DNA of 62,000 bases from Octopus vulgaris (Eukaryota): contig OX597826.1 in assembly GCA_951406725.2 (NCBI GenBank), forward strand, positions 60,036,001 to 60,098,000, in the 5' to 3' direction. A program made the translations under genes and the position numbers. The notes beneath the pieces are model-generated. The model worked only from the letters and a program-made list of their open reading frames with translations, had not been told where the DNA came from and searched no databases. Each line of letters starts with the position of its first letter. Position 1 is the stretch's first letter. This document shows positions 12,919-25,539 of this stretch, piece after piece.

Positions 12919-13309
12919 CTCTTTTACTTGTTTCAGTCATGTGAATGTGGCCATGCTGGAGCACCACCTTTACTCGAGCGAACCGACCCCAGGACTTATT
13001 CTTTGTAAGCCTAGTACTTATTCTATCGGTCTCGTTTGCCGAACCGCTAAGTGACGGGGACGTAAACACACCAACATCGGTTGTCAAGTGATGTTGCGGG
13101 GACAAAAACACACACACAAACATATACACAACATGAATATATACATATATACGACGTGCTTCATTCAGTTTCCGTCTACCAAATCCACTCACAAGGCTTT
13201 GGTCAGCCCGAGGCTATAGTAGAAGACATTTGCCCAAGGTGCCTCGCAGTGGGACTGAACGTGGAACCATGTGGTTTGAAAGCAAGTTACGTACCACGCA
13301 ATCAACTTC
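12919..13309 (-). mobile_element. Full-length SINE family 2 (tRNA head, CORE-like domain, internal microsatellite, tail)
   Basis: Reverse complement has B-box ggttccacgttcagtccc and CORE-like caccttgggcaaatgtcttc; same tail as other copies. Confidence 0.9.
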
Positions 13310-13685
13310 TAGTGCGTTAGTCCCACACTTTCCTTGTCTCTAACGTCCTTCTACAAGGATAAACATCTCGACTGTGATAGACTTTGTAGAATGTGTACAA
13401 GCATAGATATTCTGCTAACCAAGTATTTTCCTTAGTTTTGTCTTTATTTATAACATGGATCAAACCCTGAATGTGGGTAAGCTATAGATGCATAGTTCAA
13501 TACATACCATCACAGGTATTCCATTCGTGACCTACTCTTCATGTTTTAACGTGCAGGAAAAGCAGGAAGACTTTATACGTTGCCGTTTCTAAAAATGAAA
13601 ATATTTTATAAAGATTGAGCTATTATTTCTATTATTTCTATCACGTTGAACGTGATATAAGCTTACTTAAACTCATTCATATTTG

Positions 13686-13749
<64 letters not shown>

Positions 13750-13892
13750 CTATGTATGTATGTGTATATGCATAGATGGATAGATAGAGATAGAGAGCTT
13801 TACACACACTCACATATATATGTATATATATATATATATATACATACATAGAGAGAGAGGTGGGTGAGAGATAGTTGGATAGACAGATATTT

Positions 13893-13941
<49 letters not shown>

Positions 13942-14529
13942 CATACATAGAGAGAGAGAGAGGTAGGTAAGAGATAGTTGAGTAGACATATATTTACACA
14001 CACACACACATACATATACATATACACTTGAGTGTGTATGTAGCTATACAGAGAGAGAGAGAAAACTGTATATATATATGGTAATTGGTTCTAATTTTAT
14101 AATAGAACGAATAAATTCTTAAAGCCTTGCAGCGTATCTGCTTTCAATGTGTACATTGACTCTTCAAACTCTTATTTCCTCGTTCACACTTTTACTAAGA
14201 TGCAAACAACATACATTACACCATTAAAAAAATGTCTCTAGCATTTTCAAATTTTAGACTTAATTTTTGGCTCACCAGTGAGGTTCCACGTGACCTCAAT
14301 TGGACTGACGTTGCTAAAATTCAACATTTCTTGTGGCTATTTTATGCCATTCATGCTGTTTACTGTTAGCATCTTCGTCATACTTTGAACAACTTTCTAG
14401 AGTGCATTTGAGATTATAAAAATAGTTATTTTAAACTTCTCTTCGGGGCTTGTCTTTAGCTTGCAGCAAGCACGCTGCTTTGTTCTGTAATAAAGTCATC
14501 CCTTTAAATACTCTCTCTGTCTCTCTCTG

Positions 14530-14688
<159 letters not shown>

Positions 14689-14889
14689 GTTATATGTTTC
14701 TACCTCACTACTCGCCACATCCGCACGCACCGTGTTATTTTATCACATTCATATTTACTGAAATTTTCTTCTTGAGAATTATTATGCGGAATTATGATTC
14801 TGGCTGGCATTTGCAAGAAAATTACATACCTATTTATAAGGAAAATTAGATATTTGTAACCTTTCATGCTAATTCTTTCTTGTGCCTGC

Positions 14890-15830
14890 GAGTGTCAGGC
14901 CACTTAGCTCCATGATTAAGCCATTCTCTCCTTGTCTGCCTCCTTCCCTGCCACATGTAAAGCACATGATGTGAAGATATTTGTGATTCGTTCAAGTTTC
15001 GCTTTAATTATTCAATTCTTCTTTCCTGTAATTCATAGAAGGTCTGGTATGGTCTGGTTTGAAGCCGTAGTGCTCTAATTAGGATATTAATAAATATCAT
15101 AACGTATATCTACTTATCCTTAAATAGAACACACTCTTGAGGGTTATGAAGTGATTCCATTCTTTTTCGTCTGCACTTTCTCTTCTATTTGGACCTTGAT
15201 ATTCTGAATGACATCTCGTCGTATTGGAAGGCTTCCGAGTGATGTCTTACAATCTCTCGGGCACCTCTGGATAGCTTCAAACATCCGTTTGTTGCTTGTA
15301 AACCTTGTGATATTTCCGGACCAACGAAACTCATGCTTTCGGTATTCCACAAATGCATGGCTCAGCTCAATCCGCCCTGTTCACGAATTACCTCGTTTCC
15401 TTTATCCTTCCATAAAAATATTTCTTACATGTATCTTTCTATTGGCCATCTATTTCGTAGTCAATCGCCGTTCTCCTTGTCCGTTGTAGCTCACATCATA
15501 CGTCGCTATATGAGTAGACTTAAGTAGTATTATTGAAGAGATTGATAAACAAGAACTTGTCCATCAGGGATTGTAACTGAGAGAAACTGTATCGGATTTA
15601 CCTTTACGCTGTGAGAGATCTTAGGGTTAATGTTTCGAAATACACTTACTGGCATTCTCAGGTAGAAGTTCTCTTTCACGTTCTTTATTTTGTCAGTTCC
15701 TTCCACTAACCTTACACTATGTATTTCCATGCGGTTTATTTCAAGGCCTTCTGCTGAACTCTGGGTATCTATCTCTGTCAGCAAGAACTTCTTCATTTCA
15801 TCCACGAAATTATCTGATTTTAATTTCTAT
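14890..15830 (-). mobile_element. Decayed RTE-clade LINE, RT C-terminal region and 3' end
   Basis: Broken frames give LLTEIDTQSSAEGLEINRM and RKHEFRWSGNITRFTSNKR..CPRDCKTSLGSLPIR, matching RTE W.GH..R...PRD.KR..GRP motifs. Confidence 0.8.
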
Positions 15831-16296
15831 ATTAGTGTCCCACAACAATGTAGTCTCTATTTTACAATTGTTGACATTAATAGAAAATCACGGGAAAAAA
15901 GTAATTAAATCAATATCAGTATTCTCACTTACAAAGCACATTCTTCTAATTCATGAAAACTTACTGAAAATTTCAACTTTAATATTTCTGGCGAGACTCT
16001 CCTCTCCCTCTCGTCATTCAAGCCACTTGTTCCGTGGCAAACATCTTCTCACACAAATCTTTCCCCCTTTCTCACACGTAGAAAATATATTATCGTGAGA
16101 TGTTTTTGAGTAGTTGATGGTGATTTATTAACTATATAATTTCCCATTCGAATAATTGATGGAACAATTTCGTTAGGAACTACGGTACTCCGCGTTAAAT
16201 ATTATTAATAATAGAATGTTTTATTAAATTAAGTTTTTGTTCATGACAAATATTTCTTCCATATATTGCTATTTTCATTTCGATAAAGTACTATAC

Positions 16297-16344
<48 letters not shown>

Positions 16345-16483
16345 TATGGGATTATATTTTCAGAAAAAAATTTAGATTCAAATGCATATGGTACTTTATT
16401 TAGATGCACCAGAATTTTTTATGGTATTACCCATAAAATTATGTGGGGTGATTGCTTATTTTTGGGTTATATATAAATATATA

Positions 16484-16528
<45 letters not shown>

Positions 16529-16950
16529 GTATGTATGTATACATCATTAATTTATATATATAGTAACTATGGAAGACTGGTGGGATTATTATTTGTATTG
16601 ACCTGATGTTTGCGTGCTATTTAGTATATAGTTTAGTTATTGTAGGTTTACTATTAATGCCGATACAGATGCACATAGAGAAAATGTGTTTGAATATAGT
16701 GGAGTTTTCTTTTTTGCATGTTTGTTCACAAACAACACTTATTTTTGTGCTGTTGACACCGCTGCATTGAATGGTAATGCCCACGTGTCGAAACCATAAT
16801 CATGTCTGTGGGGCAGCTGATGATGGAGGTATGTTGGATTGTTGGTATGACTGTTTTTACATAGGTACAATAGTGTTATAACACATCCTTTTGATATATA
16901 TATATATATATATATACATACTCATATAGATGCACACAATATTTACATCT

Positions 16951-16995
<45 letters not shown>

Positions 16996-17309
16996 AACAG
17001 TAAGGTTTAAAGTTTATGTCAAGAAAGCAAAACAAGTTTAGAAGACTAAATAAATTTTTTCCGACAAATTCAATATGTTTGCAAAATTCACTCATTCTGT
17101 TTTGAAAGTTCTATCTTGAAGCATTAGAGCTCCTTATAAGTCAAAGAATGTGTACAAAACGTACAGTATGATAGAAAAGGTGTAGCCTGTGTCATATCGT
17201 ACTTATCTAATACAGTGCCGAACGATATTAGTGGAGACCTGTTTTTGTAGCTATATTCAATAGACAAGACTATTATATAAAGGATAATTTATATATATAT
17301 ATATATTTA

Positions 17310-17552
17310 TCACTAGCTCCTACACACATTTTTCTCTCCTTGTTTTTTCTCTCCTTTTTTTCTCTCCTTTTTTCCTCTCCTTTTTTTTCTCTCCTTGTTT
17401 TTTTTCTACGTATCTTTCTGTCGAAGGGCGTAGCCTCGAAACGTAAAATACTTTTTCTATTTCTATTCCTGAGCGCCATACTAATACATTTGTTTGTTTG
17501 TACTCTATCTGCCTTCGTCTTTTGTTTATTTTCGTAAACCTTCCCGTTATAT
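17310..17552 (+). mobile_element. Penelope-like terminal-repeat (pLTR) fragment
   Basis: Pyrimidine-rich run, hammerhead-like core, then ttcctgagcg.ca...ac; similar to 27040-27232. Confidence 0.6.
17410..17451 (+). ncRNA. Degenerate minimal type-I hammerhead ribozyme (A6 mutated)
   Basis: ttt-CTGTCGA-A-GGGC gta GCCT-C-GAAAC-GTA-aaa: stem II, GAAA and GUH site present. Confidence 0.4.
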
Positions 17553-17900
17553 ATATATATACATATATATATAAAGCAAATAAGTATCAAGGATGTCAAG
17601 GTTTTAGTGCATTGCGGCTGTTTCAGGTGGCTCCATTTAATCGAACAATGCAAGCATTACATCGATTTGAAATACACCGCCATCTTCGGATGCTTTTAAT
17701 ATAGGTTTTCCACATAGAGGATGCACCATTATAATTTTGGGCAAATATTTAATCTGAGGTAGAGAATGAAAAAATTACACGCTGCTATTAACGCAGCAGA
17801 ATGAAACTAGAGAGAAAATACCGTAACTATAATTTGGAGTGGCACGAGGTGTGCGGATAAAACCGGATTGACGTGGTGCATCAACTTATGTACGCAATAA

Positions 17901-18150
17901 GAATCTACTTCTAGCGTAAGGGTGTCTACCTAGTGGTTACCCCCTCTTATATGTACATAATACAATTTTACTGAACCTTCATTTTTTTTATACGCTAGAC
18001 TACTGTGAAATTGATGTTAATTAAATTAATATTAAATTTCTCACCGTCATTTTAAATTTATATATAGCAAAAACTGTCCGATGAACGGCAACGGGAAACT
18101 CAGAGTAACAGGTTTTGTTGAATTTTCTGCTGCTTTAAATAAAGTATATA
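17901..18150 (+). mobile_element. Penelope-like pLTR fragment (family also at 23725 and 35187)
   Basis: Shared block ctc.tatatgt..ttactgaaccttc..gctagac.actg..aaattgatgtta.t.aaattaatat..cattttaaattta followed by a hammerhead-like motif. Confidence 0.65.
18074..18111 (+). ncRNA. Minimal type-I hammerhead ribozyme with a U4-to-C core change
   Basis: ctgt-CCGATGA-A-CG gcaa CG-G-GAAA-CT cag AG-TA-acag: stem I CUGU/ACAG, GNRA-capped stem II, 3-bp stem III, GUA site. Confidence 0.45.
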
Positions 18151-18644
18151 TATGTATATATATTGTTAAACTGTTTATGAAGTATGATATAACTATATCT
18201 CTCTCGGCATAATATATTATGTATTAAAAGTGGAGCAGAGAAGGAAGATTGTTACAGAATGTCTTAATCGTAACAAATTTTGTAAACTAGAATTCCTTCA
18301 GTTTGCCGGGAGAAGATGCTTTAATGTTTCAAGACAAAATGAAAGTTAGTTTGCCCAATTTCCTGTTCTTTGAAGTTGTGATATGCAATGATTCAATATA
18401 ATTTCTCATATTTACAAATACTAATACTTTAATATCAACGGCGTTATTGTTTTGCATTGAAGATCTTGAAATAAGGGGGAACAAGCAGTTTAAAATTCTG
18501 TATTTTGCGGCACCTTGAGTAAATGTCATCGAGCAATGCCGCAATGAGTGAACTTTCTAATTGGAAACGGTAAGGAAGCTCGTCATGTGTGTGTGTGTGT
18601 ATGTGTGTGTGTGTGTGTGTGTGTGAACGTGTGTGTTTATGTGT

Positions 18645-18835
18645 GTATCCGACCTCACAGCCGCTCGAAAACCGGTGTTGCTTTGTTTATATCTCAGTGG
18701 TTCGGCAACAGAGACAGACAAAATAAGTGCACTACTAAAAAATACGTTGAGCACTCGACCTCTATGATTAGGATCCCTTAAAGCCATGCCCCAGAATGGT
18801 CACGTTTCAATAACTGAAACCACTAAAAGACAAAG
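18645..18835 (+). mobile_element. Degenerate SINE family 2 tail
   Basis: cagccgctcgaaaaccggtgttg...cagtggttcggcaacagagac...aataagt...ccccagaatggtc...actgaaac. Confidence 0.6.
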
Positions 18836-19299
18836 AACACGTCATATACTACATTAATCTAATGATCCCCTCTTCCACATTTTGCAACACGCTGGTGTGG
18901 GATTTGAGGTTTTAGGTGCTGTTTCTAGCAGATGGCTCCACTACATGAATGCCTCGTCATTGTAATGGGTGGAATGGTTCTTATTGAAGAAATAGTTAGA
19001 CTGATGATGTTTTTTTGTTTTTTATTTTCTGAGAAGCTGACACCATTAACTATTCGTCTTTACCGCTATTTGCACCTCATCGAAACATAAATATAATTAA
19101 AGCCATTCCATGCATGACCATCCTGCTTTTGTATTTCAGTCAGGTAGCTACGTTATCTAGCATCTGCCTACCTTTTCGGAAGACAATAAAATGTAATTTG
19201 AGGGGCATTTGGCTGCTCTTGCTTGCTTTTGAAGCGAACATGTACAGGCTCCCTCATTGTTTCGTAATATGCTTTGTGGTGGAGATGATGGTGTTGGCG

Positions 19300-22250
19300 G
19301 CGGTGGCTGTGTTAGAGGTGGCGTATCGACTGTGGTAGTGAGGTGATGGTACCGTGATTGTAGTTAAAGAGATAATAGTGTGACGAAATGGTAGCAATGC
19401 TGTGAGCGACGTTGATGAGGTGCTCAGAGTAGTGGAGGTTGGTGGTGATGGTAACCGTCATCGTCATCACCATCGTGTACCGAGAATGGTGTTATTAGAA
19501 GAGCGGTGGCGATGGTGGTGGTGGTTGTGGCGGTGCTGTTGCTGATGGTAGTGGTGGTAGTCGTCGTCGTCGTCGTTGTCGATGTCGTCATCGTCATTTA
19601 CTGGCCTAGATGCTACTACAAGAATAGTGACGATGGTGGTGGTGATGTTGTTGGTGTTCGTGTAGTGGGGTATGAGTATGTTGTGATGATGGTGATGCTG
19701 GTTGTGGGGGCGGTGGAGCCGTAACTGGTGGCGGTGGTGTTGGTGTTGGTGGTGGTGGTGTTGGTGGTAGTGGTGGTGGTGGTGATGAGGGTGCTGGTTG
19801 TGTTGGTGGTGTTGTTGGTGGTGGTGTTGGTGGTGGTGTTGGTGGTGGTGGTTGTGGTGGTGATGGTGTTGGTGGTGGTGTTGGTGGTGGTGGTGTTGGT
19901 GGTGGTGTTGGTGGTGCTGTTGGTGGTGGTGTTGGTGTTGGTGGCGGTGCTGGTGCTGGTGGTGGTGGTGGTGGTGGTGGTGGTAGTGGTGCTGAGGGTG
20001 CTGGTGGTGTTGGTGTTGGATATGTGTTATTACTAATATACATATATTCATTACTGCTCTCGGCACAAGACCCGAAATTTTGGGGGAGGGGGCCAGTCGA
20101 TTAGATCGACCCCAGTACGCGACTGGTACTTAATTTATCGACCGCGAAAGGATGAAAAGTAAAGCCGACTTCGGCGGAATTTGAACTCAGAACGTGCGAT
20201 ATTACGTATATTGCGACACGGTTGTATTTCTATTTAAGATGATGGTCGTCGCTTGGTTTGTTTAACGATGGTGGCAGCGGAGATAGTAGCGACAGTGGTG
20301 TGAGTAGTGGTAGTGGTGGTAGTGTTACAAATAATGATGATTGTGAAAGTGGTGGTAGCGGTCATAGTAGTGTTAGTGGTGGTTATTTGGTGATGGCGTT
20401 GTTTGTGAAGGTGGTGCTGACTATATTTGTGGTGATGGTATTGGTGATGGCTGAGATGGTGGTAGTGGCGATGGTGGTGGTGGTGGGGGGTGATGGTGAG
20501 AGTGGTGATGGTGGTTGTAGTGGGGATGGTGGAGAGTTGATGGTTGTGATGGTGGTAGTTGTGATGGTGGCAGTGGCGATGTTGGTAGTGGCGATGGTGA
20601 GAGTGGTGATGGTGGGAGAGGTAATGGTTGTGATGGTGGTAGTGGCGATGGTTGTGGTGGTTATGGTGGGAGAGGTAATGGTTGTGATGGTGGTGAAGGT
20701 GTTAGAGACGGTGGTGGTGGTGATGTTAGTAGTGGTGATGGTGGCTGTATTCATAGCCATAGTGGTGAAGATAATGATGATGACGATGATAATGATGACG
20801 ACGACGACGATGATGACTACGTCGACGGTAGTTTTAGCTGATGTGAAGTTAGCGGAAGCGGGTGGATGGTGAACGAGTGAAAGATGGCGGAGAAAGAGAT
20901 GTCGTTTATGTCGTTTGCGGATTTGTAACTGCTGAGAAAATTCCAACGGAATCCCTTGACATTGATCGATGGACAATAAAGTGCCGAACCCAGGGTGGCG
21001 GGAAGAGGTGTAGCCGTGTTGGCAGTAGTAACAGCAGGTGTAGATGGTAGTGTGATAGTGGGAGTGGTAGTGGTCGCTTGTGTGATGGTAGTAGTCGTGG
21101 TGTGGCTTTGATATTAATTTTGATGGCGGTGGTGGTGTTGGTGGTGGTGGTGATGGTGGTGGTGATTTTAATGGTGTTGTAGACGTAGGAGTAGTTGTTT
21201 TGGTTATCAGTATTGATTATGATGGTGATAGTGGTGGTGGTGGTGGTGGTGGTGGTGTTGGTGGGTTTCTGGGTGCGGGGGTGATATAATAAGCGTTCAC
21301 ATTTGTGGCGGCGGCGGCGGCAGTTTTGATCGTGATGTTCGAGTGGTATGGCTAGTGGTTGAGCTGATAACTGTGGGAACGGTGGTGGAGGCGGCAGCTT
21401 TGGGCATGGAGGCGGTGGTGGTGGTGGTGGTGGGAGGAATTGTGGTACGGTGGTGGTGACAGTGGAGGCATTGATTTCGCTCTTGTTGTTGTTTTTGTTG
21501 TTGTTGTTGTTGGTGGTGGTGATGGTAGTAATGGTGGTAGATGTGATCGTAGTGCTAGTAGGTTCAGCAATAGTCGTAGTGGTGATAACGATGGGTACTT
21601 TGATGATGTTGGTGCGGCAGTGACAATGACGGCGTCGGTAGCAGTGGTGGCAGTAGTGCTAAATTTATTATTATTGTTGTTGTTGCTGTTGTTGTTGTTG
21701 GTGGTGGTGGTGGTGATGGTGGTGGTGGTGGTGGTGATAATAATAGCAGTGATAATGACGGGGGATGGTGGTAGCAGTGGAAGCCTGGTTGTTGTGGTGG
21801 TGGAGGTGGTTATTGATGATGAAATTGATGATGATGATGATGATGATGAAGATGATGATGATGATGATGATGACGACGACGATGATGATGATGTTGATGA
21901 CAACGGCGACGACGATGATGATGATGACGACGACGACGACGATGATGATGATGATGATGACGATGATGATGATGATGATTGTGCTAGGAACAGTGCTAGC
22001 CATAATGATGGTGGTAGCGATTGAGATGGCGCTGGTGGTGGTTCTGGTCGATAGAGTCGGCGTGATCGAATTAGGATACGTTTACCTACCAGATTGTACT
22101 TTGGCGGTGGGATCAGTGGTAACGGCAACGTTTGTGGTTGATATTATTCTTAATGTTGTTATATTCGCAGATTTAGTGGCGGCGGCGTGGTGGTGGTGGT
22201 GAGGGTATGGAATGGGCGTGGTCGGGCGTAATGTTGTTCCTCAGGATTGC
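19300..22250. repeat. About 3-kb compound trinucleotide low-complexity block (GGT/GAT/GTT/GAC/AGT)
   Basis: Directly visible; source of the poly-Val/His/Pro/Thr/Asp ORFs in the track. Confidence 0.95.
20055..20195 (-). mobile_element. 5'-truncated, well-preserved SINE family 1 copy inside the trinucleotide block
   Basis: ggcacaagacccgaaattttgggggagggggccagtcgattagatcgaccccagtacgcgactggtacttaatttatcgacc...ggaatttgaactcagaacgt. Confidence 0.9.
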
Positions 22251-22616
22251 GGGATGGATACTGAAAAACAACAAAAAAAAATGACGGGATAGAATTTTAT
22301 CACGCCGATGATGTTTATTTTGTTAAGGTGGATTTGTGAAGTACGACAATAAAGAGCAAGTTTATGAAGATAAATATCAGTCAGTAAACACCCCAGTCTC
22401 CACAGCCACCCGCACCATACCGAGACCTACAACGCAGCGCCTCATAGACCTTCATTTCCAATTCCGTCAAAACATACGCTGTCTGTAAAAATCCTCATTG
22501 CGAAAGGACTTCAATATGGACACAGTATATTTATAAACAAATGTACTCTGATGTGGGTGTCTGTGTGTGTGTGTGTTTGCGCGCGTGTGTGTGTGTGTGT
22601 GTGCGTGTGTGTGAGT

Positions 22617-22665
<49 letters not shown>

Positions 22666-23559
22666 TGTGTCTGTGTGTTTGAATGAGGAGACAGACTGAT
22701 CGGAGGTAATGCGTAAACAGAGAATATGTTACAAAATTTCTGTGTATGATATAAACACACACACACATCCACATTATCACACACTCCCACACACAGACAC
22801 ACACACATATATATGTACATATATGCATACACACGTAGAAACATACATACGCCTACACTTAGACATACGAGCTACACTCACACACATACATTAATGTATA
22901 TGTGTGTGCGTGTGTGTATGTATATACAGAAATAGATAGATAGATTGATAGACAGGTAAATAGATAGATAGGCAAGTAAACATATATATATATATACACA
23001 TATACATATATATATATATATATAGATAGATACATAGATACATAGATACATACATACATTCATAGATACATACATACATACATACATACATAGAAAAATA
23101 GAAAAATCAGAGAGACACACAGACAGACAGGAAGATAGACTGTGAAAGATAGAAGGACTCTTTCTCGGTTTTCTGGGAGTTCTAGTCTGACACTGAACAG
23201 GGAATATCAGGAAATCGTTGATGTTTGTGAGAAGAAGGGAGAGGCGACAGTCATTAGATTGTACTCAATCTTGGAGAAATGTGTCTTTTGTTTACTCCCA
23301 ACATTGTTTTTCTGACAGATATTACAAGAAAATTGCCAGCAGTTAGACGTAAAGAAGTGAGCAGAGGAACCCAATACAGGCAGGAGGAACAACAACAGCA
23401 ACAATAAACCTTAAACAACAAACACTGAATACGCAGCTATAACAGAAGTAGCAGCATGCTCAGCAACCACAATAACTACAACTACATGAAAATGGAAACA
23501 TATACGTTCATGCACTGACACGTACGCGCGCACATACACTATCTATCTATCTATCAATA

Positions 23560-23596
<37 letters not shown>

Positions 23597-23666
23597 GTCT
23601 GTATGTATGTCTGTCTGTCTGTCTATCTATCTATATTTCACACTGTGTTTCTCTCTCTCTCTCTCT

Positions 23667-23723
<57 letters not shown>

Positions 23724-23724
23724 T

Positions 23725-23965
23725 ATATACATATGAGAGGGATGACCACTATGTAGACAACTCTTATGCTAGAAGCGGATCCGCTATGGTCTTGCCACTA
23801 AGAAATCCACTTCTAGCATAAGGTTTGTCCACATAGTGGTCATCCCTCTCATATGTATATAAAACAATTTACTGAACCTTCAGATTTTACTATGCTAGAC
23901 CACTGGTTTTAAATTGATGCTAATCAAATTAATATCCAATTTTCCCCCTCATTTTAAATTTATAT
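23725..23965 (+). mobile_element. Penelope-like fragment with a 5' fold-back (56-bp arms, 24-nt loop)
   Basis: 23725-23780 is the reverse complement of 23805-23860 (4 mismatches); downstream block homologous to 17960-18060. Confidence 0.7.
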
Positions 23966-24465
23966 ATGTGTATATATAGACATATATTTGTGTATACATA
24001 TATGTACACGTATACATATACATATATACATATAAATATACATAGGCATATATGCGTGTAGATTTAGAAAAATTATCAGTTAGTGGTTATGCAACCGTGT
24101 AAGGGATAAATGTATCCGTAGGCACTACTGGGTATTACTAAACTATGTACAGGTCTTGCTATAAGGTTAACAGCTGTTGGTAATGTAAGTGGTAAATTGC
24201 GGTTTGATATATTCCGATAAAAAAGAAATGGAGCAGCAATTATCGATTAGAAGTAGATCATTGGTATTAAATGGTCATAGTTTAATTATAGTTAAAATAA
24301 CACTTACAGATGTTTCGGTTTGTTATTTTATTTTTGAGGTAAATTTGCATTTATCTCGTTCATTGTAATAAACATCGTCAGAATGATTCGGAGATTATCA
24401 GAGGAAGATTAACAGGCGAAAAAAGGGCAAAAAGAAAAGGAAAAGGAAAAAAGGAATAAAGGGAA

Positions 24466-24626
24466 AAAAGGAAACTAAATAATATTCGTCATACTGGTAA
24501 CTTTCTTTAGAATTGAGATTGAACAAACCTATGAACAAATTCGTTTCATCCGTTATGATACCATTTTATATCCTAATACTATGATGAAGACAGTATATAT
24601 GCCTTATACAATATTTTCTTCTTAAA
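24466..24626 (+). repeat. 161-bp direct repeat, copy 1
   Basis: 6 mismatches versus 27407-27567. Confidence 0.95.
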
Positions 24627-25120
24627 GGAAAAAATTAGAATATTTGCTAAGAAATGTGGCTAATATAAGCTAATAAATGTATGCACGTTACCCTGCTGCA
24701 ATCAAATCCCCGATGATCTGCTGGTTCACAGGTGGATGGCATAAGGAACTGACTGTATCTAGTCCCGTTTATATACGCACCAAATCAATTAGCGAGACAG
24801 AGTGCCACCTTTAGAAATATACTCGTTTGCATTTGACGGGTATCGTTACCTATACATAGACACATACGTACATACATACAAGAATTCATACATACATACA
24901 TTCATACATACAGAGAGACAGGCAGACGGATATACACATAAATAATTCATAAACTGGAGATACGTGCTCAAGTCAAACGGGCAGACCTCATGTTAATATA
25001 TATATGTGTATGCATGTATATTTATGTATACACACACAGCCGGAGAGGCAGACAGACATACGCACACTCGTTCATACATATACACACACATATAGTCATA
25101 TATATACACACATACACATT

Positions 25121-25531
25121 CTCTTTCACTCTTTTATTTGTTTCAGTCATATGACTGCAGCTATGCTGGAGCACCGCCTGTAGTCGAACGAATCGATCCC
25201 AGAACGTATTCTTTGTAAGCCTAGTACTTATGCCATCAGACCCTTTTTGTCGAACCGCTAAGTTACAGGAACGTAAACATATCAGCATCGGTTGTCAAGC
25301 GATGTTAGGGGTGGGGAACAAACACGCACACACATACACACACACACACACAAACTCATATATATATATATATACGACAGGCTTTTTCAGTTTCCGTCTA
25401 CTAAGTCCACTCACAAGGCCTTGGTCGACCCGAGGCTGTCGTAGCAGTCACTTGCACAAGATGCCACGCAGTGGGACTGAACCCGGAACCATGTGGTTGG
25501 TAAGCAAGCTACTTACCACACAACCAATCCT
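25121..25531 (-). mobile_element. Full-length SINE family 2
   Basis: Tail, internal (CA)n(TA)n, CORE-like segment and tRNA head (aacccggaaccatgtggttggtaagcaagctacttaccacac on +). Confidence 0.92.
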
Positions 25532-25539
25532 ACGATTAT

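Noticed and set aside
16785-16830. GAAAC..GUC..CUGAUGA in type-II hammerhead order
   Set aside because: Stems I and II cannot be formed in the required register
19467-22202. Long poly-His, poly-Pro, poly-Val, poly-Asp and poly-Ser ORFs as real CDS
   Set aside because: Explained by RNY-phased trinucleotide repeats open in several frames on both strands; no recognisable domain or gene structure
24490-24624. Open frame IEIEQTYEQIRFIRYDT.. within the 161-bp repeat as a duplicated exon
   Set aside because: All four differences between the copies inside the frame after the putative acceptor change the amino acid, which argues against coding constraint
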